Below are positions 25,163 through 34,370 of a stretch of DNA of 52,386 nucleotides, in pieces. The translations under genes and the position numbers were made by a program. The stretch is from a virus. Taxonomy: Duplodnaviria > Caudoviricetes. The notes under the pieces are model-generated. The model saw only the letters and a list, made by a program, of their open reading frames with translations. It had not been told where the DNA came from and made no database searches. Each line of letters starts with the position of its first letter. The first letter of the stretch is position 1. Location of the stretch: the IMG/VR virus record IMGVR_UViG_3300028840_005521, positions 1 through 52,386 of that record; one strand, written 5' to 3'.

Positions 25163-25930
25163 ATGAGAGAAGTTAACGATGTTGTCAAAGCAGCTAAACA
25201 AGTCGAGAATGCTTTCAACCTGAAACCAGATGAGAGGATCGAAGACTTGCCTGAAGTTGATTCCAGCGGCGTCAACCTGTCCGCCAGCTTCCGGGAACCC
25301 TGGGAGCGAAGCCCCGACGAAACCGAGAAGGCATGGGCCGCTTTCCAGCTTTACCGAGATCTCGGTCCGAAGCGCCGAACCAAAGATTTGCAAGACGCCG
25401 GGTTCTCCTCAGCGTCGATACATGGCTGGAGACACAAGTACGAATGGAACCAGCGCGTATCCGCCTGGGACATCGCCCAGGACCGCATCTACCAGCTACG
25501 TCGAATCGAAGCTGTCAAAGAGATGGCGGACCGTCACGCCAGTATCATTGTCGACGCCCTCGAGTCCATGTCGATCCCGTTCAAAGCGTTGCAGAGGAAG
25601 CTCAAGACCAACCCTCACGCCATCGACGAACTCAGCGAAAAGGACACGATCAAGCTGCTGGACACGGCTTCGAAGATGGCGCGCAACATGCCGGGACTCA
25701 TGTCATCCGAACGGCTGGTGCGGGGAATGCCAACAGAGATCATCGAGCACTCGGGGGAGGTGACACACACGCATGACCTACACCGAGACCAGATCGGAGA
25801 CATCCTCACAGCCCTCAGATCCGCTGGGGCTTTTACAGACGGAGGATCTAACGGAAGCGGAAGTGGCGACGATCTCGAGATCATTGAAGCTGAGATTGTC
25901 GAGTTACATACCGACGATCCCGTTCCCTAA
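25163..25930 (+). CDS. terS: Terminase small subunit
   Basis: WERSPDETEKAWAAFQLYRDLG...W..RVSAWD; directly upstream of terL. Confidence 0.8.
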   Translation: MREVNDVVKAAKQVENAFNLKPDERIEDLPEVDSSGVNLSASFREPWERSPDETEKAWAAFQLYRDLGPKRRTKDLQDAGFSSASIHGWRHKYEWNQRVSAWDIAQDRIYQLRRIEAVKEMADRHASIIVDALESMSIPFKALQRKLKTNPHAIDELSEKDTIKLLDTASKMARNMPGLMSSERLVRGMPTEIIEHSGEVTHTHDLHRDQIGDILTALRSAGAFTDGGSNGSGSGDDLEIIEAEIVELHTDDPVP

Positions 25931-27290
25931 GCAACACGCCTTCCTGTTGCTCTACGACACCCGGGAAGTGCTGTATGGCGGGGCTGCCGGCCCGGGCAAA
26001 AGTGAAGGGCTGTTGATGGAAGCCTCCCGCGACGTCGACGACTACCCCACCCAAGCCCTCATCATTCGCCGCACCTACAAAGACCTTGCCCAGCCCGGAG
26101 GTCTCATTCATCGATCCCACCAGTGGTGGAGAAATACTAAGGCGCATTGGGATGGCACCAACTTCACATGGCGGTTCCCATCCGGCGCAACCGTCTCGTT
26201 CGGTTACATGGAACACGAAGGCGACGAGCTGCGATACCAGGGTGGTGAATACCACGTCGTATGTTTCGATGAGCTCACCCAAATACGTGAATCCCAATAC
26301 CTCTACTTGTTCACCCGGACCAGGCGTGTCGAAGGCTTCCCCGTGCCGCCGCGTGTTCGCTCGGCTTCCAACCCTGGGGGACCCGGACACGAATGGGTGC
26401 GGAAACGCTGGAACCTCCCATACGGCCCAGCCTATCCTCTGTCGAAAACCCGCAAATACATCGGCGCTACGCTCGACGACAACCCGTATTTGGATCAGGA
26501 AGACTACGAAGCGTCGTTGCAGATTCTCGCCGACACAGCCGACGGCAACAGCGTCACATACGAACAGTTGCGACACGGCGACTGGTCGGCGCAAGCCTCA
26601 GGCGGGTTCCTGGATCCGAGACGGTTCAAGCAGATCGGCTGGAAAGACGTCCCCGAACCGCACCAGTTCGAACTCGTGTTGCGCTACTGGGACTTCGCCG
26701 CTACCCAACCGTCCGACCTAAACCCGAACCCGGACTGGACCGCAGGGGTGAAAATTGGGCGGACCCTACCCAAAGGCCGCGAAATCATCGACCCCCGGAC
26801 CGGCAACCACATCATCCCCACCCAGGACTACTACATCTTCGACATCAACCGCTTCCGCACCGACCCGGGCAACGTCGAACTGGAAGTCAAGTCAACAGCT
26901 AGGCGGGACGGCGCTGGTGTCGCTGTGTGGGTCGAACAAGAACGAGGATCTGCCGGCAAGTCGCTGGTGTGGCGATTCCAGAACGACGTGCTACCCGGCT
27001 ACCACGTCCACGGCCTCTACGCCACATCGGACAAAGAGACTCGTGCCAAAGCGGTCGCCAACCTGTCAACCTCTGGCCACATCTACCTCGTTGAAGGACC
27101 GTGGGTCGACGATTTCCTCGCCGAAGTTGGGGCGTTCCCGGAAGGCGACCACGACGATCAGATCGACGCTGTATCAAATGGGATTATCTGTCTCGAGCGA
27201 CAGAAACGGATGTACGCTGGGGGCGAAGTAAAGCGTGTCGGGGGATTGAAATCGAAACGTCAGAAGAAAGTGGGGCACTATGGCTACTGA
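25773..27290 (+). CDS. terL: Terminase large subunit
   Basis: YGGAAGPGKS, FDELTQ, SNPGG, WDFAA, HDDQID. Confidence 0.95.
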   Translation: MTYTETRSETSSQPSDPLGLLQTEDLTEAEVATISRSLKLRLSSYIPTIPFPKQHAFLLLYDTREVLYGGAAGPGKSEGLLMEASRDVDDYPTQALIIRRTYKDLAQPGGLIHRSHQWWRNTKAHWDGTNFTWRFPSGATVSFGYMEHEGDELRYQGGEYHVVCFDELTQIRESQYLYLFTRTRRVEGFPVPPRVRSASNPGGPGHEWVRKRWNLPYGPAYPLSKTRKYIGATLDDNPYLDQEDYEASLQILADTADGNSVTYEQLRHGDWSAQASGGFLDPRRFKQIGWKDVPEPHQFELVLRYWDFAATQPSDLNPNPDWTAGVKIGRTLPKGREIIDPRTGNHIIPTQDYYIFDINRFRTDPGNVELEVKSTARRDGAGVAVWVEQERGSAGKSLVWRFQNDVLPGYHVHGLYATSDKETRAKAVANLSTSGHIYLVEGPWVDDFLAEVGAFPEGDHDDQIDAVSNGIICLERQKRMYAGGEVKRVGGLKSKRQKKVGHYGY

Positions 27291-27519
27291 GATACTGGCA
27301 GCATACGAAGGCCTCATGACCAAGAAGGATATGCGAAGGCTGAAAAGGAAACGGCGGGTTTGCAAACACAAAGGCCACATCTTTTACGCCGAGTTCTACG
27401 ACTCGTCAACCGGTGAAGTGTATTGCGAATGTCGGCGCTGCTTCCCTCACAAGGATTCAATTTTGAGAGGGAACCTCTATGATCTAATGCCGAAGGCAGA
27501 CATGAACGGAGACAACTGA
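27280..27519 (+). CDS. Small Cys/His protein
   Basis: CKHKGH...CRRC; coupled to the portal gene. Confidence 0.55.
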   Translation: MATEILAAYEGLMTKKDMRRLKRKRRVCKHKGHIFYAEFYDSSTGEVYCECRRCFPHKDSILRGNLYDLMPKADMNGDN

Positions 27520-29018
27520 TGGCCGTGCCTTTCGATGACACAAGCATCTCGAACGAGGTGCGGCAAGCGATCTTGCGTAAAGAACTTGAAACGCTCACAG
27601 CCAACGAGCAGGAATATCAGCGACTCAGAAGCTACTTCGACGGTAAGCAAGAGCTCACGTTCAGCACCGAAGTGTTTCACGAAACGTTCGGCGATGCTTT
27701 CGAAGGGTTTGCCGACAACTGGATGACACCGATCGTCGACACCGTGTTGGACAAGATGGAGCTGCGGGGAATCCAGCCGGCGAACGAAGAGATGCAAAAC
27801 CGGATGCAAACCCTCTGGGACGTGTTTCGGCGCAACGAGATCGATGAGGAACAGTTCTACCTTCACCAAGGATCCCTCGTTGAATCCACTGCCTACATGA
27901 TCGTTTGGCCAGACCAATCCAAAGGCGGAGTCAGGTTCGACTGGCAGCCCGCCTCCCTCGTTCGTGTCCGCTACTCGAGCGAAGACCGCAAGCGACCCCT
28001 GTGGGCTGTGAAACGCTGGGAAGCTGAAAGCGGCGACATCTACGTCTCGATCTACGACGACCAGGCAGTGTGGAAGTTCATCGAGAAAGAAGGATCCGAC
28101 GCCAGTTTGAAAGCCTCGAGCGCCGACGCCTACACAGAGATCGTCGACTCGGCGTTCCTCAACAACATGGTGAAGCGGGAAGTCGAAGGCGAAGAGTGGC
28201 CACTACGTCACCGGTTCGGACGGGTACCTGTAGTCGAATTCCCCAACGTTGGGTTCCGTAGCGAAATCGCCGACGCCACCAGGCAGCAAGACGCCATGAA
28301 CAAAACCCTCGTTGACATGATGGTTGCCGGTTCGTTCATGGCCTTCCCGCAACGCTACGTAGAAACCGCAGCCCATGCCCCCATCGGTGGATGGAACGCC
28401 GGGGCTGGCGAAGTGTGGCACTTCCGTCCCGGGTTTGACGCCGACGGACGACCCATCCAATCCACGTTCGGCCAGTTCGACACATCCGACCCATCCAACT
28501 ACATCAAAGTCGTTGAGATGTGGCTGCAACACATTGCCTTCACGTCCCGCACCCCGGTTCGCTACTTCATGTCGTCGGATAGGGGCGGGAGAGGCGATGC
28601 GCCGAGCGGTGAGTCGCTGCAGGTAGAAGACAAGCCCCTGAACGACAAGGTGGCGCGGAAGCAGAAGATTCTTGGTAACCGCTGGGTCGAGTTGGCATCG
28701 ATGGCAGCCACCTACGTCGATGGGGTCAACCCGAACGATCTGATCCTCGCCGAAATGATCTGGGAAGACCCGAGATACGAGAACCGGATCGCTGTGCTCG
28801 AGGAAGCAAAGTCGATGGTTGAGGTCGGGTTGCCGTTCAAGTGGATCATCCGCCAACTAGGTCTCAGGCCGGAAGAGATCGAAGACATCGAACGGTACAA
28901 GGACGAGGAAGTTGCCGAACAGCAACAGCGCCAAGACGAGATGATGGAACGAGCGAATAGTCAAGATTCTGACCAGAATTCAGACTCGGGTTCCGACGAC
29001 GAATCCGACGACGAGTAG
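27519..29018 (+). CDS. Portal protein (SPP1 gp6-like)
   Basis: YFDGKQ, NW..IVD, GRVPVVEF, FPQR, SGESL; size and position. Confidence 0.9.
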   Translation: MAVPFDDTSISNEVRQAILRKELETLTANEQEYQRLRSYFDGKQELTFSTEVFHETFGDAFEGFADNWMTPIVDTVLDKMELRGIQPANEEMQNRMQTLWDVFRRNEIDEEQFYLHQGSLVESTAYMIVWPDQSKGGVRFDWQPASLVRVRYSSEDRKRPLWAVKRWEAESGDIYVSIYDDQAVWKFIEKEGSDASLKASSADAYTEIVDSAFLNNMVKREVEGEEWPLRHRFGRVPVVEFPNVGFRSEIADATRQQDAMNKTLVDMMVAGSFMAFPQRYVETAAHAPIGGWNAGAGEVWHFRPGFDADGRPIQSTFGQFDTSDPSNYIKVVEMWLQHIAFTSRTPVRYFMSSDRGGRGDAPSGESLQVEDKPLNDKVARKQKILGNRWVELASMAATYVDGVNPNDLILAEMIWEDPRYENRIAVLEEAKSMVEVGLPFKWIIRQLGLRPEEIEDIERYKDEEVAEQQQRQDEMMERANSQDSDQNSDSGSDDESDDE

Positions 29019-29113
29019 CGCTGCGAAACGCTAACAAACTTCCATAACCTGCCATATTCGTCTACGCTCCGAGTTAACACCCAATTCCTAGATGGAAACC
29101 CAGGAGGTGCAAG

Positions 29114-29773
29114 GTGTTGATTCATAGAGCAGAGGACTACTTGGTAAGCGTTCCGGCCCGGGCGTATTGGGGAGCAGAAGGCGAGGATCCCCCAGCGGAT
29201 CCGCCACCGCCCGAAACACCCCCCGCCCCGGAACCGCAGGACAAGCAACCCGAGACCTTCCCCGCCGATTACGTCGAGAGGCTGCGAGCGGAAGCCGCCG
29301 CCAATCGAGTGAAGAGCAAGGAAGAGAAGGAACGCGCCGAGAAGGCCGAAGCGGAACTGAAGAAGATCCGAGACGCTGAGTTGTCGGAGATCGAGAAGGC
29401 GCAAAAGCTGGCAGAAGAGTCGACCTCTCGAGCCAGTGCTGCGGAAGCAAAAGCTCAGGCCCTTGCGTTGGCATTGACCGTAGAGCGGGAAGCCAACAAG
29501 CTGAACTTTCGCGACCCCAGTGACGCCCAGTCAATGCTCAGCCTTGACAACATCGAACTCGATGACGACGGGCTGCCGGCAAGAGACGGAATCGAAAAGC
29601 AGCTGACGAAGCTGGCGAAGAAGAAACCGTATCTGCTCAAAGAATCAAGCCCCGGAGACGGCGACGGTGGGCCGAAAGACCCACCCAAACCAACCGATGC
29701 TTTCAGCAAGAAACGAGAAGAAGAAGCCGCGAGACTCAAGGAACAGGGCTACATCGCAATGCCCACCCGGTAG
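29114..29773 (+). CDS. Capsid scaffolding protein
   Basis: YVERLRAEAA coiled coil, KPYL; position. Confidence 0.85.
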   Translation: MLIHRAEDYLVSVPARAYWGAEGEDPPADPPPPETPPAPEPQDKQPETFPADYVERLRAEAAANRVKSKEEKERAEKAEAELKKIRDAELSEIEKAQKLAEESTSRASAAEAKAQALALALTVEREANKLNFRDPSDAQSMLSLDNIELDDDGLPARDGIEKQLTKLAKKKPYLLKESSPGDGDGGPKDPPKPTDAFSKKREEEAARLKEQGYIAMPTR

Positions 29774-29827
29774 GCCAGGCGCCCCAGGCATATCCTCCCG
29801 AAAGTTTCGCAAGGAAGGAGTCTCTAA

Positions 29828-30274
29828 GTGAGACCAGACCAAGCCCCTGAAGGGGGTAAATTCCGGGCTACAGCGGCAGCAGCCATTGATGGTACGACCG
29901 GTGCCTGGGGCGATGCGGACATGCTATGTGTCGCGCTCGACGCCTCCGGGCAACTGATCCTTGCCACCAATAACGATGTTGTCGGTGTCATCTGGACCCC
30001 TGAAGGCCGCAAAGTAGCTGCGGACGGCTCGCACAAGGATGTGATCGGTGATCGCAAGTACACCGTGTTCACCCGTGCCGAGTTCGTGGAAGTAGACACG
30101 GCCGCTTCGCCAGCACTGACCGCTGGCGACAAAATCTACGCAACCGCTTCCGGTGACGTGCTCGACACGGGCATGACCACCGGCGATGTGTTCGTAGGTG
30201 CCGTGATCGCCGACGCCAACGATGCAGGTGGACGCCTGCTCATCGACATCGGCCTACTCCCGGCTGCCACATAG
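29828..30274 (+). CDS. Capsid decoration/cement protein
   Basis: Small Ala/Gly beta protein between scaffold and capsid. Confidence 0.62.
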   Translation: MRPDQAPEGGKFRATAAAAIDGTTGAWGDADMLCVALDASGQLILATNNDVVGVIWTPEGRKVAADGSHKDVIGDRKYTVFTRAEFVEVDTAASPALTAGDKIYATASGDVLDTGMTTGDVFVGAVIADANDAGGRLLIDIGLLPAAT

Positions 30275-30282
30275 AAAGGACG

Positions 30283-31539
30283 GTGAACGTGAAGACCTAT
30301 CTCACTAAAGCCGCCCTTGATGCGGCTATTGCAAACCCATACGAAACCCTCCATGAACTGTTCGAAGAGGTTCGCCTCGGCAACTACTTCGGCGACGTTC
30401 TCGAGGGGCGCTCTGCCCTGAGCATTTTCGGTGCGGCAGAGGGAGCAGCCCCGGCTGGCTTCCTTGCCCGTGAAGACACTCTCGACACTGTTCCCGGCAA
30501 CCGGGGACTCACTGTTGACGGGCAAAGCGTTAACGACATCTGGACCGAAATGCAGGCCATGCTGTCGGCGTTCAACGCGAGCGCTGATGCCATTGTGGCC
30601 TACTTGACGTTCCCGGTGGTCGCCCACACCGAGCGTGTTGGCGTACCTATCAACCCCGGGTTCCAGAAAGCCACCGAGTTCGGACGCCCGAGCAAGATTC
30701 GGATGCAGCACGTTCTGCGCGGATTCCCAATCGAGCACTTCGACCTCGGCGACGGCTACACCCAGGAATACATCGATCTGGCAACCGGCGCTCAGCTACT
30801 CGCTGTGCAAGCCACTGTCACGACCGCCTGGGCGCAGCTACGGCGCGATATTGTCCTCAAGGCGTTGATGGAGGAATCCAACTACACCGACCAGGACGGT
30901 ATTGCAGTCAAGAGGCTCTACAACGGCGACGGTGAGGTTCCCCCCACCATCAAGCGTTGGACCCATGCCGGCACCCACACCCACTACCTGTACTCGGCAG
31001 GTATCGCGTTCGCTCAGGCCGATCTGGACTCGATGTCCGATCACCTGATCCACCACGGGTTCCGCGAGTTCGGCGATGCAGCTTTCATTCTGCACACGAA
31101 CCGTGACGACCTTCCTGGTGTGCGCGCATTTGCCAACTTCATCCCGGCAGAGACCGGCGAGCGTCCCCAGGAACTCGCCAACTCTGGTGTGGTACGAGGC
31201 CTCCAGCGTGGTGCTGGTGGACTCCAGGTAGAAGGCTGGTGCAACGACTGGACCATCGTTCAGAACAACGACGTCCCCAGCGGCTACCTCGTCGGTACCG
31301 TCTCCGGTGGACCGTTCGACGTTCGGAACGTTGTCGGTTTGCGTGTCCATGAGAACCCAAGCGCCCGCGGCTTGCGTCTCATCGAAGGCAACCGGCAGAA
31401 CTACCCGCTCTACGATTCCGTGTACGACGGATATCTCGGCGCCGGCGTAGGCCAGCGTGGTGCAGCGGTCATCATGTACGAGGACACCGGAACTGGCTCG
31501 GCATACGTCGACCCGACCGGTTTCCAAACTGGTGAGTAG
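30283..31539 (+). CDS. Major capsid protein
   Basis: 418 aa after scaffold/decoration; followed by a terminator. Confidence 0.85.
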   Translation: MNVKTYLTKAALDAAIANPYETLHELFEEVRLGNYFGDVLEGRSALSIFGAAEGAAPAGFLAREDTLDTVPGNRGLTVDGQSVNDIWTEMQAMLSAFNASADAIVAYLTFPVVAHTERVGVPINPGFQKATEFGRPSKIRMQHVLRGFPIEHFDLGDGYTQEYIDLATGAQLLAVQATVTTAWAQLRRDIVLKALMEESNYTDQDGIAVKRLYNGDGEVPPTIKRWTHAGTHTHYLYSAGIAFAQADLDSMSDHLIHHGFREFGDAAFILHTNRDDLPGVRAFANFIPAETGERPQELANSGVVRGLQRGAGGLQVEGWCNDWTIVQNNDVPSGYLVGTVSGGPFDVRNVVGLRVHENPSARGLRLIEGNRQNYPLYDSVYDGYLGAGVGQRGAAVIMYEDTGTGSAYVDPTGFQTGE

Positions 31540-31560
31540 CAACACGAACCAGTAAGCCCA

Positions 31561-31592
31561 GGAGGGGAGAGACCAGTTCTCTCCCCTCCGTT
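31561..31592 (+). terminator. Intrinsic terminator after the capsid gene
   Basis: GGAGGGGAGAGA/TCTCTCCCCTCC hairpin. Confidence 0.75.
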
Positions 31593-31668
31593 ACATCAGG
31601 TCGGTGCCGGGAGGCAGATGGGACGGCATCTCCCCCACCCCTCCCGGCACCCCTGAAAGAGAGATGCA

Positions 31669-32001
31669 ATGAAGATAGATGAGGGTCAACTCCAGCTGCG
31701 GATACGGGAACTGAAACGAACCGGCCGACCGGAGAAGGCATACCAGCTCCAAGTGGCAATCAAAGAAGGCAGGACGCCGGCCAAGCACCTGCTGTACGAT
31801 CAGGGGGAAAGCCCCGAAGAGAAAGAGATCATCGGCGAGATGCCGCCACGGACAGGAAGAGGATCTGGCAAGGTAGAGTGGGAAGCGTTCGCTCGAGAAC
31901 ACACCGACTGGCCAGACGAACTGATCGAAGGCGCTGGCGGACGGGACGACCTGATCAAAATGCTCGAGCTGAACGGGATCATCCCAAAAGAAAAGCGGTA
32001 G
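31669..32001 (+). CDS. Small head-associated protein
   Basis: C-terminal K.EW..FA...RDDLI helical motif; position after the capsid gene. Confidence 0.55.
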   Translation: MKIDEGQLQLRIRELKRTGRPEKAYQLQVAIKEGRTPAKHLLYDQGESPEEKEIIGEMPPRTGRGSGKVEWEAFAREHTDWPDELIEGAGGRDDLIKMLELNGIIPKEKR

Positions 32002-32050
32002 AGCTCAGTGAGTCTTGTAAGCTGGCGTGCAAATACACTGGGAGCAAGCA

Positions 32051-32269
32051 ATGGACGGATACACAATCGCTTGGCTACTGTGGGGCGCCATGTTCGTAGC
32101 CATCGAAGGCGCAGCGCTGCTCCGCAAAGAATCAGGCGACACGCTGAGTGAACACGTCTGGAAATGTTTCTCAGTGAAAGACAAGGCAAAGGGCTGGGTG
32201 GTGCGAAGAGGCGTGCTCGCCGTATTCCTCGCCTGGTTGACCGCCCACCTACTGGGAGCCGGGATCTGA
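32051..32269 (+). CDS. Small two-TM membrane protein
   Basis: YTIAWLLW...GDTLSEHVW...WLTAH. Confidence 0.65.
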   Translation: MDGYTIAWLLWGAMFVAIEGAALLRKESGDTLSEHVWKCFSVKDKAKGWVVRRGVLAVFLAWLTAHLLGAGI

Positions 32270-32655
32270 TGGTTGCTGAACGAGAATACGCGATGGTGAT
32301 GGCTGAGGTGGCCGCTCATGGTGGCTCGTTTTATGCGACCGCGATCGACAACAGCCAGGTGTTCAGCTACTACTTCGAGGCACACATCCGGGCAGCTGAG
32401 GAAACATACGGCTGTGACGTGTATCCGTATGCATACGGGACTGAAGGGTCGTTCCTGGTCATGGCTGCTGGTCATCATGGCTGGTGGCACGACCCGGAAA
32501 CAGCAACGTTGTATATGTCACAAGGGACCGACACCGACAAAGCGATCGTGTTCGGGTTGAACGCTGACCGGCTAGCGACGATCCTCGCAGCGGCGGCTAC
32601 TGACGGGATCAACGTGGTGCGGCAGGTCCGGTTGGACACGAACGAGGTGATCTAA
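32269..32655 (+). CDS. Hypothetical protein
   Basis: TGATG and TAATG coupling. Confidence 0.65.
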   Translation: MVAEREYAMVMAEVAAHGGSFYATAIDNSQVFSYYFEAHIRAAEETYGCDVYPYAYGTEGSFLVMAAGHHGWWHDPETATLYMSQGTDTDKAIVFGLNADRLATILAAAATDGINVVRQVRLDTNEVI

Positions 32656-34286
32656 TGGCCTTCACCGTTGTAGCCAACCTCGCCAACATCGACCTCGCTG
32701 AGTCTGCGACCACCTGGTCCATCGGGTCGCTGGACGCTGACAAGTATGTGCAAGGCAACAACTCGGTCGGGTTCTACATGACGAAGAACTTCCGGGGGTC
32801 CGTAACCATCACCCCTGCCTCATCAGTGGCGTGGGCCACCGGGGACCACCTCTATTTCTGGTTAGCATCGGACGTAGCCTCCAAGACCGAGGCCAAGACT
32901 ACCGGCACCACTACCGCTTCCGGGTACACCGTTCGGGTCACCCTGGCGTCCGGTGCATACCGCGAATGGCACTTCGCCGGATCAGATGTGTGGGACGGTG
33001 GCTGGCGCTGTTTTGTGATCGACCTCGGGCACACCGGCAATGAGCTGTACGCCAGCTCCGGTACTTTCTCGTCGGCATCCAACATCGCCAGCGTCACCTA
33101 CTACGTTGACCTCTCCAATTCGGGCAACATTCGGAACGTTCCGGCCAACCACTACGGAGACGCCATCCGAGTCGGCACCGGGCTGACCGCCTACAACACC
33201 TCCGCAACCGACGCAGCATTCGACCTGGCCGATATCGCAGCGGCCGATATGGCAACCGCCAACATGTACGGCATCCTCCAGACCCAGACCAAGGGCGGGT
33301 CTGCTCTCGGATGCCAAGGCCGAATCATCCTCGGAGACAGCGGGTCCACCAACCATCTCGACTTCGACTCCCAGGGAGAGCTACTGGAGTTCCTCCAAAG
33401 GGACGGCACCGGGGCAGGCATCGTTGCCAATGCCTTGTACGGCATCGAGGTGGTAGCCAACTCGACCGGCACCGACCAGGACTTCAAGATGGGGACCAAG
33501 GTGGGAACCGGAGCCAATGCTCGTGGCCGGGACGGCACCACCATCAGATCCGGTGGCTCAGCGGTGTACTGGTACTTCGAGTCGGTCGACGCTGACCTTC
33601 ACAACTTCACCATGTATGGCTCTACCCTGAGTGGAGCAATCGGTGGTACCAACTATGGCGTAGATCTGGACACCCCAACCACCACATTCGAAGTTGCGGG
33701 CTGCGTGTTCGATAGCTGTGAGGGCGTGGTGCTAGCCGACGCTGTGGCCACCTTCTGTACCTGGCAAAACTCTGCCACCGATGCCACCACCGGGGCGCTT
33801 GTGTGGCAAGACACCGAAACCGACATCGAGAACTGCTCGTTCATCAACAACGTGAACGGTATCTACATCGGGACGTTGACCGGGGACATCACCCTTTCCG
33901 GCATGACCTGGAGCGGCAACACCTACGACATCGAGTATGAGCACACCGCAGACTGGGACGCCAACTATGACGGGACCGCTCCATCGATCAATAACACCTC
34001 TACCGGCACGTTGACGGCAGTCTCCTCCAAGACCGCCACCTTCACCCCTGTCGAGAACGGATCGGCGTTTACGATCACCAGGAACAGCGACAACTTCCTC
34101 CTGCATGATGTTTCGTCCACTACTGGAGGCCAGGTCGTGTATACCTACGACGGTGCTCTGGATGCGACAGCAGCCACGGTTCACATCATCATTGTTGGTA
34201 AAGAACCCATCGACTTTCCGTGGACATTGGCAGAGGGGACTGTCCCCGTTTCTCAAGTCACAGATCGCATCTATTCCAACCCCTAG
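32655..34286 (+). CDS. Large beta-rich virion protein A (probable beta-helix region; ends DRIYSNP)
   Basis: Ser/Thr/Gly-rich; IENCSFINN-type repeats. Confidence 0.7.
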   Translation: MAFTVVANLANIDLAESATTWSIGSLDADKYVQGNNSVGFYMTKNFRGSVTITPASSVAWATGDHLYFWLASDVASKTEAKTTGTTTASGYTVRVTLASGAYREWHFAGSDVWDGGWRCFVIDLGHTGNELYASSGTFSSASNIASVTYYVDLSNSGNIRNVPANHYGDAIRVGTGLTAYNTSATDAAFDLADIAAADMATANMYGILQTQTKGGSALGCQGRIILGDSGSTNHLDFDSQGELLEFLQRDGTGAGIVANALYGIEVVANSTGTDQDFKMGTKVGTGANARGRDGTTIRSGGSAVYWYFESVDADLHNFTMYGSTLSGAIGGTNYGVDLDTPTTTFEVAGCVFDSCEGVVLADAVATFCTWQNSATDATTGALVWQDTETDIENCSFINNVNGIYIGTLTGDITLSGMTWSGNTYDIEYEHTADWDANYDGTAPSINNTSTGTLTAVSSKTATFTPVENGSAFTITRNSDNFLLHDVSSTTGGQVVYTYDGALDATAATVHIIIVGKEPIDFPWTLAEGTVPVSQVTDRIYSNP

Positions 34287-34370
34287 ACGCGTGACCCCTT
34301 TGACATCTGATGCTACGGTACGGAGAGATTTCCAAGATTTGTCAAACGCGAGGCGGCAAAGGACTAGCAC

